Source of the DNA: Candidatus Calditenuis fumarioli
GTDB taxonomy: Archaea; Thermoproteota; Nitrososphaeria_A; Caldarchaeales; Calditenuaceae
Length of the DNA stretch: 32,000 nt
Direction: 5' to 3'
NCBI GenBank assembly: GCA_030059665.1
Contig: JANVYR010000002.1
Coordinates: forward strand, 99,628 to 131,627
The notes below the pieces were generated by a model that saw only the letters and a list, made by a program, of their open reading frames with translations, did not search any database and was not told the origin of the DNA. Every line of letters begins with the position of its first letter. The stretch's first letter is position 1. This document shows, in pieces, positions 13,089-20,396 of this stretch. Made by a program: the position numbers and the translations under genes.

Positions 13089-13099
13089 CTTTTATCAAG
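13089..13099 (-). promoter_or_regulatory. TATA-like box of the rpoH-rpoB-rpoA operon
   Basis: CTTGATAAAAG on the minus strand is an isolated A/T-rich patch in GC-rich DNA, centred about 27 nt upstream of the rpoH GTG. Confidence 0.45.
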
Positions 13100-13173
13100 T
13101 TATGTTGTGCCCCCGCAAGGTTCCGTAAAACCTTATCACAAGATCGAGACGACGGGGACAGAGGTCGGGGGCT

Positions 13174-13671
13174 TTGGAGGTCGTAAGGGCGAACGACGCG
13201 CTGTACCGGCTCAGGCCGGTCACGGAGGACGAGATCCTCGAGGTGATGAACGTCAACCGGCTCACGCTCCCGGAGAACTACACCTACTCCTTCTTCTACA
13301 GCATCGCCAAGAGCTTCCCCAGCAGCTTCATCGTGGCCGAGCACGAGGGGAGGATCGTCGGGTACGTCATGTGCCGCGTCGAGCGGGGCTTCTCGAAGCT
13401 GGGAGGCCTCCGGTTCAGGAAGCTGGGGCACGTCATCTCAATCGCCGTGTTGCCGGAGCACAGGAGGAGGGGTCTGGGGAGGGCGCTGATGCTCGAGGCG
13501 ATGAGGGCGCTGAAGGGCGAGTACGGATGCGACGAGATCTACCTGGAGGTGCGGGTCTCGAACTACCCTGCGATCAACCTGTACAAGTCGCTCGGCCTGA
13601 AGGTCGTCGACGTCATCAAGCACTACTACCTCGACGGCGAGGACGCCTACGTCATGGCGGCCGAGCTCTGA
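13174..13671 (+). CDS. N-alpha-acetyltransferase, Ard1/Naa10 (RimI-like GNAT)
   Basis: 165 aa with TTG start and GAGGT SD at 13161-13165. GNAT acetyl-CoA motif HRRRGLGRALM. The overall sequence (LPENYTYSFF...IVGYVM...GHVISIAVLPEHRR...YLEVRVSN..AI.LY..LGF) resembles archaeal Ard1. Confidence 0.85.
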   Translation: MEVVRANDALYRLRPVTEDEILEVMNVNRLTLPENYTYSFFYSIAKSFPSSFIVAEHEGRIVGYVMCRVERGFSKLGGLRFRKLGHVISIAVLPEHRRRGLGRALMLEAMRALKGEYGCDEIYLEVRVSNYPAINLYKSLGLKVVDVIKHYYLDGEDAYVMAAEL

Positions 13672-13678
13672 AGGCGCG

Positions 13679-13769
13679 GTATCCCGGTCAGGACAGCGTC
13701 AACCAGGAGGAAGGACGGCGTGGTCAAGGAAATCAAGGTGCTCGTATCCCGGTCAGGACGGCGTCAACC
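13679..13769. repeat. Two copies of a 26-nt direct repeat separated by a 39-nt spacer
   Basis: GTATCCCGGTCAGGACAGCGTCAACC (13679-13704) and GTATCCCGGTCAGGACGGCGTCAACC (13744-13769) match at 25/26 positions with a 65-nt period. They lie in the convergent gap between the acetyltransferase and the zinc-ribbon membrane protein. Copy 2 includes that gene's stop codon. Confidence 0.8.
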
Positions 13770-14675
13770 GCTGAGGTGGACCCGCAGATCGGAGAAGCAC
13801 TGGGTGCAGACGAACCGGTCCGAGGAGATCCGCTTGGCCGTCCTCAGGGGTGCTGAGCAGACGGGGCACCTAAGGCCGTACCGGGCCTTTTGGAACGGTT
13901 GGCCGCAGAAGGTGCAGGCGTCGCTCGCCAACGGCGACTCCCTACCGCAGTTGCCGCACACCACGGACGTCCCCCTGCTCACGACCTCGACCTTGACCCT
14001 CGCCGGAGAGGTCTGAGCGGTCTCCTCGTGATGCCGGAGGTATGGAGGAGCGGGCGCGGTTGAAACCCGTGGACCGGGGCCTGCCGGAGGCCTAAGTGCT
14101 GGAGGCCGAGGCGGCGTCTGCGAGACACGCGTTCCGCGCACATAGGGCAGCTCTGGGCTGAAGCGGAGGAACGATGCGCCTGCGAGGGCTGCCGAGAGCA
14201 TGAGCAGCGCTCCCATCGCGATGAAGGCGCCCGACGGGCCCTCGGGCAACTGAAACCTGCCCGCAAGGGCCAGCACGATCGAGTCGAAGTAGAGCACCGC
14301 CGGGACGCTGACCGGTGCTGCGTAGAACGTCGCCCTGCGCGAGATCCTCCCAAGCCTGACGTACCACGCGGCCTCCACGAGGGAGTAGATCGTCCAGGGG
14401 ATCGCGGCCGCCAGGATCATCTGACCTCCGAGGTCGCTCGACTGCAGAACGAGGGCTCCCGCGACGAGGAGGTACGTCAGCCCACCCAGCACCCCGACCG
14501 CGAGGTAGGTCACGCCCGCACCCTTGACGCTCCGCGCCAGCTCCCTCCATCCCAGGGCCCTGAGGACCACAGAGACCGGATAGGTGATCAGCGCAAGGTA
14601 GATCGTCGCGCCCCCGGTCAGGAACACGGAGGAGTTGGCCACGCAGAGGAAGTACCCGACCGCGAGCTTCCTCAA
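13764..14675 (-). CDS. Polytopic membrane protein with Pro-rich linker and C-terminal double zinc ribbon
   Basis: 303 aa with about 6 hydrophobic helices in the first ~200 aa. These are followed by PPRPPALRPPAGPGP and then four CxxC pairs (CGNC..CTFC, CPVC..CTQC). The start overlaps the upstream nucleotidyltransferase stop by 4 nt. Confidence 0.7.
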   Translation of the reverse strand: MRKLAVGYFLCVANSSVFLTGGATIYLALITYPVSVVLRALGWRELARSVKGAGVTYLAVGVLGGLTYLLVAGALVLQSSDLGGQMILAAAIPWTIYSLVEAAWYVRLGRISRRATFYAAPVSVPAVLYFDSIVLALAGRFQLPEGPSGAFIAMGALLMLSAALAGASFLRFSPELPYVRGTRVSQTPPRPPALRPPAGPGPRVSTAPAPPYLRHHEETAQTSPARVKVEVVSRGTSVVCGNCGRESPLASDACTFCGQPFQKARYGLRCPVCSAPLRTAKRISSDRFVCTQCFSDLRVHLSG

Positions 14676-15442
14676 GCCGTCCGGTAAGTTCCCTTCTCCA
14701 ATAGTTCTCCCTTTTGCCTCAGAAGCACGTCCACCTCCTCCATGTCCTTGTGGGTGTCGATGGACTTCCAGAAGCAGTCGCCGAACGGAACCGCCACCAG
14801 CTGGCCCCTCGCGGCGAGCCTCGGAAAGACCTCCCTCTCCAGATCCCCTTTCTCCGGGACCTCCTCCAGCATCTCCGACCGGAACGCGTAGACGCCGGCG
14901 TTGATCCAGTGATCGCCGAGGACCGGCTTCTCCCTGAAGCCCCTGACGAGCCCGGTGCCCCGGTCGAACTCGACGATGCCGTAGGGCGATGGCAGCGGCA
15001 CCACCGCCATGGCCGCGAGAGCACCGTCGGTCGCCTCCAGCACCCGCAACGGGTTCAGATCGGTCAGGACGTCGCCGTTCAGCACGAGGAAGCTCCTCTC
15101 CCCGCTGAGCAGGTGCTCCGCGTTCTTCAGTGCCCCAGCGGTTCCGAGGGGTTCCGACTCGAAGACGTAGCCTATCCGGACGCCGAGGTGGTTACCGCTG
15201 CCGAGCTCCTCCACCAGCCTCTCCTTCAGGTAGCCCGCGCAGACGATGAAGCTACGGAGGCCGTAAGACGCGAGCCACCGGATCTGCCACTCGATGATGG
15301 GCCTGTCCGCCACCCTGAGCAGCGGCTTCGGGACCGTGTCCGTAAACGGCCTCAGCCTCTTCCCGTAACCTCCGGCCAGTATCACCGCCTTCGGAGACCT
15401 CGCAGGGTCCACGCACTTACCCATTCCCAGCGTATAGATCAT
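14672..15442 (-). CDS. Sugar-1-phosphate nucleotidyltransferase (NTP_transferase family, G1P-thymidylyl/uridylyl or mannose-1-P guanylyltransferase-like)
   Basis: The signature AVILAGGYGKRLRPFT..PKPLL, plus PLGTAGAL and LVLNGDVL. ATG 15442 is embedded in an A/T-rich box (ATGATCTATACG), so the true start may be ATG 15424 or GTG 15412. Confidence 0.9.
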   Translation of the reverse strand: MIYTLGMGKCVDPARSPKAVILAGGYGKRLRPFTDTVPKPLLRVADRPIIEWQIRWLASYGLRSFIVCAGYLKERLVEELGSGNHLGVRIGYVFESEPLGTAGALKNAEHLLSGERSFLVLNGDVLTDLNPLRVLEATDGALAAMAVVPLPSPYGIVEFDRGTGLVRGFREKPVLGDHWINAGVYAFRSEMLEEVPEKGDLEREVFPRLAARGQLVAVPFGDCFWKSIDTHKDMEEVDVLLRQKGELLEKGTYRTA

Positions 15443-15501
15443 CGTTTCCGCTGCTGGGGTTCGAGTGTGCGCAACGTATTTCGCACGGGGATGCGAGGCC
15501 G

Positions 15502-16167
15502 TTGGGGATGATGAGGTTCCGCCACGCCCTGCTGCTGACTCTCCTGCTGGCGCTGCTCATGACCGCCTTCACCTCGCTCGGTCCCTCTTCCTCCCGGGGC
15601 CCGGAGGGCCTCGGCCTGTCGAGCAGGGTCAGGGTCGAGGTCCTGATGGTGGGCCTGGACGGAAGGGAGGTTCCCGTTGAGGGCGCTCTGGTGGTGATCG
15701 GCGACCGAAGGGCCCTAACCTCCTCCGACGGTACGGCCACCGTTGCCGTGACGCAGGGCCGCTACAGCAGCTACTTCAAGCATCCCGATCCGAGGCTCGC
15801 GGTGGTTCTGATGGACCTGGTGGTGGAGCGGGACACGACGGTGCGGGTCGTCTTCGAGCTGAGACGTCTCGGGCTCGAGAGCGCGTCCTTCGTCTGGGGA
15901 GGCAACGGCTCCTCGGTGACGCTGGAGGTCGACGTCCCGGAGGCCGACTTCGCCTTCGCCTCGACACCGGTCCTCTTCGGGTTCTCCTCCGACGGCGAGT
16001 TCCTCAGGCTCTCCTCAACGCCCGACGACTTCGGTTATTTCTCGCTCTCGCTGAGACCCGGTAGCAGGAACTCGATCAGCTACCCGGTCAACGGCAACCG
16101 AGAACTTGCGGTGCTCCTCCCATCTTCTTACGTCCCGGTCCAGCTCGTCCGGATCACCGTCTCCTGA
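15502..16167 (+). CDS. Secreted or membrane-anchored beta-rich hypothetical protein
   Basis: 221 aa with an N-terminal signal/anchor (MMRFRHALLLTLLLALLMTAF). A carboxypeptidase-regulatory-like stretch (VVIGDRRALTSSDGTATVAVTQGRYS) follows. Probable start is ATG 15508/15511 within the TTG-initiated track ORF. Confidence 0.55.
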   Translation: MGMMRFRHALLLTLLLALLMTAFTSLGPSSSRGPEGLGLSSRVRVEVLMVGLDGREVPVEGALVVIGDRRALTSSDGTATVAVTQGRYSSYFKHPDPRLAVVLMDLVVERDTTVRVVFELRRLGLESASFVWGGNGSSVTLEVDVPEADFAFASTPVLFGFSSDGEFLRLSSTPDDFGYFSLSLRPGSRNSISYPVNGNRELAVLLPSSYVPVQLVRITVS

Positions 16168-16849
16168 AGGTCTCCAGCGCGGCCTCGCAGACCGACGTCA
16201 GGAAGCTCTGCGGGTCCCTGGCCTTGACGTACGCCGACGATATCAGCACCCCCACCGTTCCCAGCTCGATCGCCCTGGCCACGTCATCTGGTCCCGAGAT
16301 CCCCGCGCCGCAGACCACCGGGACGTTCAGCCCCAATGACCTGATCCGCGCGATCGAATCGGTGACGACCTCCGGTTTGGCTTTGGAGACGGAGATCCCC
16401 GTTCCGATCAGCTCGGGAGGCTCTATCGCGACGAAGTCTGGCTCCAACGCAGCGACCGCCCTCGCGACCCTCGGTGTGTCCGCGCAGACCACCGAGACTA
16501 GTCCCTCCTCCCTCAGGGCCTCGACGGCCCCCGCGATCTCCGATGCGCCCAACCTCCTCTCCGAGTGGTTGACGAGGCTACCAGCAGCCCCGGCCTCCTT
16601 CAGCGCCAGCGCCGTCACGTGCCCCGTCCAGCTGCCCTCCCTCTGGGGATCCACGTGCTGGGCGAGCACTGGTATCTCGTGCCTGCTGGAGATCCTGTAG
16701 ACGTCCGTCGGCTGAACTGCGACCGCAACGGTCACCCCCGTCTCCCTCGAGACGGTCTCGGCGACGTAAGCGAGCCTCTCCGCTCCCGGCCCTATCGCCT
16801 CACGGTACGCCTTGAAGTTCAGGATCACCACGGGCAACGTCCAGTTCAT
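16154..16849 (-). CDS. tpiA: Triosephosphate isomerase (archaeal type)
   Basis: VVILNFKAY, LVNHSERR, IAIEPPELIGTG and VVCGAGIS are archaeal TIM motifs. ATG 16849 (MNWTLPVVILNFK) is preferred over the upstream GTG 16876 of the ORF track. Confidence 0.92.
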   Translation of the reverse strand: MNWTLPVVILNFKAYREAIGPGAERLAYVAETVSRETGVTVAVAVQPTDVYRISSRHEIPVLAQHVDPQREGSWTGHVTALALKEAGAAGSLVNHSERRLGASEIAGAVEALREEGLVSVVCADTPRVARAVAALEPDFVAIEPPELIGTGISVSKAKPEVVTDSIARIRSLGLNVPVVCGAGISGPDDVARAIELGTVGVLISSAYVKARDPQSFLTSVCEAALETFRRR

Positions 16850-17002
16850 TTCGCCCCCACTCCCGAGCGGCTTCACTTAAGCCAGAGCGCTCGCATTCCG
16901 TCGCGGCCTTTCGGCGAACGTGAGTGTCTTAACCTGGGCTCGGCGCAGCGGCAACCGGATCGGCTGAATCCCCATATCCGACGGTCTCCGAAGGCGGCTG
17001 GC

Positions 17003-18328
17003 TTGGGCGTCAGCTTCGACGCGATCGTCGAGCGGATCCGGCAGAGACACGGAGAGGACGCGGTCAGGAGGGTGCTGGAGGGCGTTGAGGAGGCCATCAA
17101 AAGGGACCCGAGGCTGACCCGGTTCGGCGCGCTGCTGCTGGTGGCCAACGAGCTCGGATACCTCCGCTCTGAGGTCGGTCTCCGTTCCTCTCTCCGCATC
17201 GGCGAGCTCGTCGGTGGTCTCCGGTCGGTCTCGGTCGTGGGGAGGGTGCTGGGCGTGAAGGGGCCTCTCGAGCGCGGAACCCGCAGGATGGCTGTCCTCA
17301 GGATCTCCGACGGAACCGGCAGCATCGACGTGGTGGCTTGGGGCTCCGCGGCCGATCTGGTCTCAAGCTCCGGACTGAGGGCTGGGCAGGCGGTCCGCGT
17401 CGTCGGCGCGAGGACGAGGGAGGCCCACGACGGAGGTCTGGAGCTACACCTCGACGAGGGCTCCCGGATCGAGGCCGCTGAGCACCACGAGGTCCCGGAG
17501 CTGGAGGAGCTGGTCGTGAGGAGGTTTCCCGCAGGCGCTGGCAAGGCGCTGGACCTGATGGCCACCGTGGTCGGCCTCTCCGGCGAGCGGACCTATGCGG
17601 CCTCCGGAAAGGAGCTCGGGGTTAGGGACGCCCTTCTCTCCGTCGGCGGCGAGCTGGTGTACCTCTCGGTCTGGTCGAGCCACGTCGAGGGCACCGACGC
17701 TCTGGAGGAGTGGACGGACTTCCTCCTCACCTCCCTGAGGCACCGGGACGGAGAGCTCAGCACCACGCCCAGGACCTGCGTCACCAGGCTGTCACCCTCG
17801 GGACCTGAGGAGGCCCTGGGGCCGCTGAGGGTGGTCACCCACAGGCCGGACTTCGGGCACCTGCTCACCAACGGCAAGTCCTACCTCCTCGCGAGGGGCA
17901 GCGTTCCGGGACCTGGGGCCGTCATCTCGGTGAGGTCGTGCAGGTTCGTCAGGGAGGGGAGGCACTGGTGGCTGGAGATCGGCGATTACCGGGAGGTTCA
18001 CGGCGCAGAGGTTCCGGAGCCCGAGGCCGTTCCTCTGTCCGACCTCAGGAAGGGGATGAGGGGGATCGCCGTCTCGGGTAAGATCCTGAACAAGTCGCAG
18101 CTCTCCGAGGTCAGGACCTCCTCCGGCAAGGTGGCGACGCTGGCCTTCTGGCTCTCCTCCGGCGAACGCTCGGTCTACTGCAGGGCCTGGCGCGAGGCGG
18201 CCGAGCTGATCAGCTCCGTCCCGGAGGGCGCGTGGGTCAGGCTCAGGTACGTCAGGGTCGAGACCGACAGGTACGGTGAGATGCAGGTGACGGTCGATCC
18301 CGAGTCGGACGTCGTCACGGAGAGCTGA
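17003..18328 (+). CDS. Replication protein A-like ssDNA-binding protein with about three OB folds and no zinc finger
   Basis: The track ORF 16565-18328 overlaps tpiA at its 5' end. A plausible start is TTG 17003, about 27 nt downstream of CCATATCC. The N-terminal helical domain (FDAIVERIRQ...GALLLVANELGY) is followed by OB-like segments (VSVVGRVLGV...RISDGTGSIDVVAWG; LMATVVGLSG...; IAVSGKILNK...VATLAFWLSSGERSVYCRAW). Confidence 0.65.
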   Translation: MGVSFDAIVERIRQRHGEDAVRRVLEGVEEAIKRDPRLTRFGALLLVANELGYLRSEVGLRSSLRIGELVGGLRSVSVVGRVLGVKGPLERGTRRMAVLRISDGTGSIDVVAWGSAADLVSSSGLRAGQAVRVVGARTREAHDGGLELHLDEGSRIEAAEHHEVPELEELVVRRFPAGAGKALDLMATVVGLSGERTYAASGKELGVRDALLSVGGELVYLSVWSSHVEGTDALEEWTDFLLTSLRHRDGELSTTPRTCVTRLSPSGPEEALGPLRVVTHRPDFGHLLTNGKSYLLARGSVPGPGAVISVRSCRFVREGRHWWLEIGDYREVHGAEVPEPEAVPLSDLRKGMRGIAVSGKILNKSQLSEVRTSSGKVATLAFWLSSGERSVYCRAWREAAELISSVPEGAWVRLRYVRVETDRYGEMQVTVDPESDVVTES

Positions 18329-19145
18329 CGTCGAACTCGTCCGGGAACCGCTCCTCCTGCTCGAACCGCTCCTCCTGTCCGCTCACCGGCTGTCCCGACT
18401 CGAGGCTCGTCAGGGGTGGCCCTATCACCACGCCCCTCTTGTGCATGATCTCGAAGGTGTAGACCGTCATGTCCGCCGGGGACCAGCGCATCTTCCTCAC
18501 CATCAGGGTCCTGACCAGCCTGCCCCCCACGTTCCTCAGCCCCACCACGATCACGCCCGACGAGAGGAACTCCTCGTACCCGAACCTGCTGAGCCTGTTG
18601 GACCCGGACGGTATGTCGCACGTCAGGACCGTCGTCGCCCCGATCTTCTCCTCGAGGAAGAGGATGATCTCCCTGATGTACTCCCTCACCGCGAACTCCT
18701 CCAGGGCTCCGAAGGCCATGGCCGATATCGGGTCCAGGACGATCCGGGACACTTGGCCGCCGTTGGTCATCTTGATGATGGTGTCGATGTAGGCCTTGCT
18801 GCTCTTGCCGTACTTCCTCAGGTCCTCGGAGAATATCCTGATCTCGAACGGGTACAGGAGGCCCATCCGGTAGTAGGACCACAGGTCCCAGCCGAGCGTC
18901 ATGGCTCCGTCGAGCACTCCCTGTACCCTCTCGTCCAGCGAGACGTAGGCGACCCGCTCGCCGTTCCGTAGGCCCTCGAGGAGGAACTGGAGGCTCAGGA
19001 TCGTCTTGCCGACTCCGGTCTCGCCCGTGATCAGGTAGGTCTTCCCCCTGATGAACCCGCCTCCGAGGATTCTGTCGAGCTTCGGGACGCCAGTCGATAC
19101 CCGCTCCAGCACCAACCCTATCCACCGCTCAGTCGTTCCCCACAT
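18315..19145 (-). CDS. Single-domain KaiC-like / RecA-superfamily ATPase
   Basis: 276 aa. STGVPKLDRILGGGF followed by Walker A GETGVGKT, and Walker B-like RIVLDPIS. The acidic C-terminal tail has a tandem QEERF repeat. The start overlaps the aTrm56 stop by 17 nt, and a GTG/TTG a few codons downstream is also possible. Confidence 0.8.
   Translation of the reverse strand: MWGTTERWIGLVLERVSTGVPKLDRILGGGFIRGKTYLITGETGVGKTILSLQFLLEGLRNGERVAYVSLDERVQGVLDGAMTLGWDLWSYYRMGLLYPFEIRIFSEDLRKYGKSSKAYIDTIIKMTNGGQVSRIVLDPISAMAFGALEEFAVREYIREIILFLEEKIGATTVLTCDIPSGSNRLSRFGYEEFLSSGVIVVGLRNVGGRLVRTLMVRKMRWSPADMTVYTFEIMHKRGVVIGPPLTSLESGQPVSGQEERFEQEERFPDEFDVSSP
18345..18380 (-). repeat. 18-nt in-frame tandem duplication (2 copies) in the KaiC-like C-terminal tail
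   Basis: GAACCGCTCCTCCTG occurs at 18345-18359 and again at 18363-18377 (plus strand). It encodes ...QEERFEQEERFP... on the minus strand. Confidence 0.85.
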
Positions 19146-19737
19146 TTAATGCTTCGCGGCCCGGTGATCTGTCCTTCTCGGCTCCGGCAAGGGCCTCCTC
19201 CCTCCTCCGGAGTACCACCTTTCGCCGCGGATGAGGCACCACCCTCAGCCTGGCATCGGGGAAGCTGATCCTGAAGACGAGTCCGTCGAGGAGCCTGTCC
19301 AAGAAGACCGCCAACGCGGCCACCTCGCTGTGCGGCTGGTTCCCGATCGAGACGTTCAGGTCCGCGAGCTCGTAAACCTCCCTGGGCACCTTGCTCGACC
19401 CGACGACCACTACCATGTTCCTCTCCGACAAGGCCCTCCTAAGCTCCTCGAGGACCTCCGGCAGCGGCACGCCGTACATCGTCAGGTGGACGACTAGGTC
19501 GCCCCGCGACTTGGCAGACCTTAGGTACTCCCTCCAGTCCCCCACGTACTGGACCTCGAAGGGCCCTCCCCAGACCTCGGTGACCCGCCTCAGCGACTCC
19601 AGCACTCCCGGATCGTAGTCCCCTGCGATCGCGATGCCTTTCGCGCCGAAGGCCCTCGCCGTCAGCCCGACGTGGGTCGTGACCCTCTCGTCCCTTCCGA
19701 TCCTGTGCGATAGCCTGAGGACGGTGATCCCGCTCAT
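19129..19737 (-). CDS. trm56: tRNA (cytidine56-2'-O)-methyltransferase aTrm56 (SPOUT class)
   Basis: The sequence MSGITVLRLSHRIGRDERVTTHVGLTARAFGA...HLTMYG...VVVGSSKVPREVYELADLNVSIGNQPHSEVAALAVFLDRL closely follows the Pyrococcus aTrm56 sequence as I remember it. ATG 19737 overlaps the TFE stop (ATGA). The upstream part of track ORF 19129-20319 is out-of-frame overlap with TFE. Confidence 0.93.
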   Translation of the reverse strand: MSGITVLRLSHRIGRDERVTTHVGLTARAFGAKGIAIAGDYDPGVLESLRRVTEVWGGPFEVQYVGDWREYLRSAKSRGDLVVHLTMYGVPLPEVLEELRRALSERNMVVVVGSSKVPREVYELADLNVSIGNQPHSEVAALAVFLDRLLDGLVFRISFPDARLRVVPHPRRKVVLRRREEALAGAEKDRSPGREALNVGND

Positions 19738-20243
19738 CTCAGGAACCTCTGGAGCTGCTCGATCTTCTCGTCGACCGCCTCCAGCAGCTCGCGCGGATCG
19801 AAGGGTTCCAGCTGGCCTCCGCAGGTGGGGCACTTGAAGAAGTGGTCGACGGCGGATGAGAAGTCGAGCTTCCTGCAGGTGCTTTTGCCGCACCAGTAGA
19901 CCTGGTTCTGCGAGTAGAAGTCCTTGATCATCTTCAGCCGCTCGACGATCCTGACCACCTGACCCCTGACCGAGCTGACCAGCTGGTCCGTGTGGATCCT
20001 CCACCTGAAGACCCTCCGGGCGTTCTCCTTGTCGTAGCTGACCACGTACGTCACCAGCGAGAGCTCCAGGAGCCTGTGGAGGACCTTCCTGACCTGCTTG
20101 ATGTCCATCTGGAGCATCTCGGCGATCTCCATGTCCGAGACCTCGGGGTTCTCCATCAGGAGCGCCGCCACCCTCCTCGCCTCCTCCCCTCCCAACACCT
20201 CGATCAGCTTCAGGGCGTCCTCCGGCTCGATGTAGAATACCAT
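19734..20243 (-). CDS. tfe: Transcription factor E (TFE-alpha, TFIIE-alpha homologue)
   Basis: 169 aa from ATG 20243. N-terminal winged helix (EARRVAALLMENPEVSDMEIAEMLQMDIKQVRKVLHRL) and zinc ribbon (C-x4-C...CPTCGG). Confidence 0.85.
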   Translation of the reverse strand: MVFYIEPEDALKLIEVLGGEEARRVAALLMENPEVSDMEIAEMLQMDIKQVRKVLHRLLELSLVTYVVSYDKENARRVFRWRIHTDQLVSSVRGQVVRIVERLKMIKDFYSQNQVYWCGKSTCRKLDFSSAVDHFFKCPTCGGQLEPFDPRELLEAVDEKIEQLQRFLR

Positions 20244-20364
20244 CCCGTGGCCTCCAACAAGTAATTGCTGCATCGCTCCGTAAAAAGGTCGTGTTCCGAC
20301 GGGTTGTTGGTCTGCCCACGCGGTAATACCGGTTTTACCTCGCCCAGCGCTCAACGGGCCTCCG

Positions 20365-20371
20365 TTATTAT
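20365..20371 (+). promoter_or_regulatory. TATA-like box for the SMC-like operon
   Basis: TTATTAT is centred about 29 nt upstream of ATG 20397, consistent with a leaderless first gene. Confidence 0.4.
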
Positions 20372-20396
20372 GCTGGTCCTGTCTGGTCACGTGGGA

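Noticed and set aside
13679-13769. Calling the 26-nt repeat pair a CRISPR array
   Set aside because: There are only two repeats, one mismatch, no cas genes or leader in the window, and no typical repeat termini. It is kept as a repeat and a finding, but not annotated as CRISPR.
13720-14016. 98-aa plus-strand ORF preceded by a good AGGAGG SD (13705-13710) inside the repeat spacer
   Set aside because: It runs antisense to the well-supported double zinc-ribbon domain (four CxxC pairs) of the membrane protein, and its translation has no features. The SD-like purine run is probably coincidental or part of the repeat-spacer element.
15456-15465. tRNA T-loop-like GGGGTTCGAG in the 15443-15501 intergenic region
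   Set aside because: There is no complementary T-stem, acceptor stem or anticodon arm around it, and the gap is too short for a tRNA.
16565-17002. 5' extension of the RPA-like ORF (587-aa version in the ORF track)
   Set aside because: The extension runs antisense through tpiA and across the tpiA promoter region, and it translates to Arg/Pro-rich junk. The recognisable RPA N-terminal domain begins at about 17003.
19738-20319. 5' extension of the aTrm56 ORF (396-aa version), and the 20244-20486 extension of the TFE ORF
   Set aside because: Both are alternative-frame overlaps with neighbouring real genes. aTrm56 and TFE have clean ATG starts (19737 and 20243) giving proteins of canonical length.
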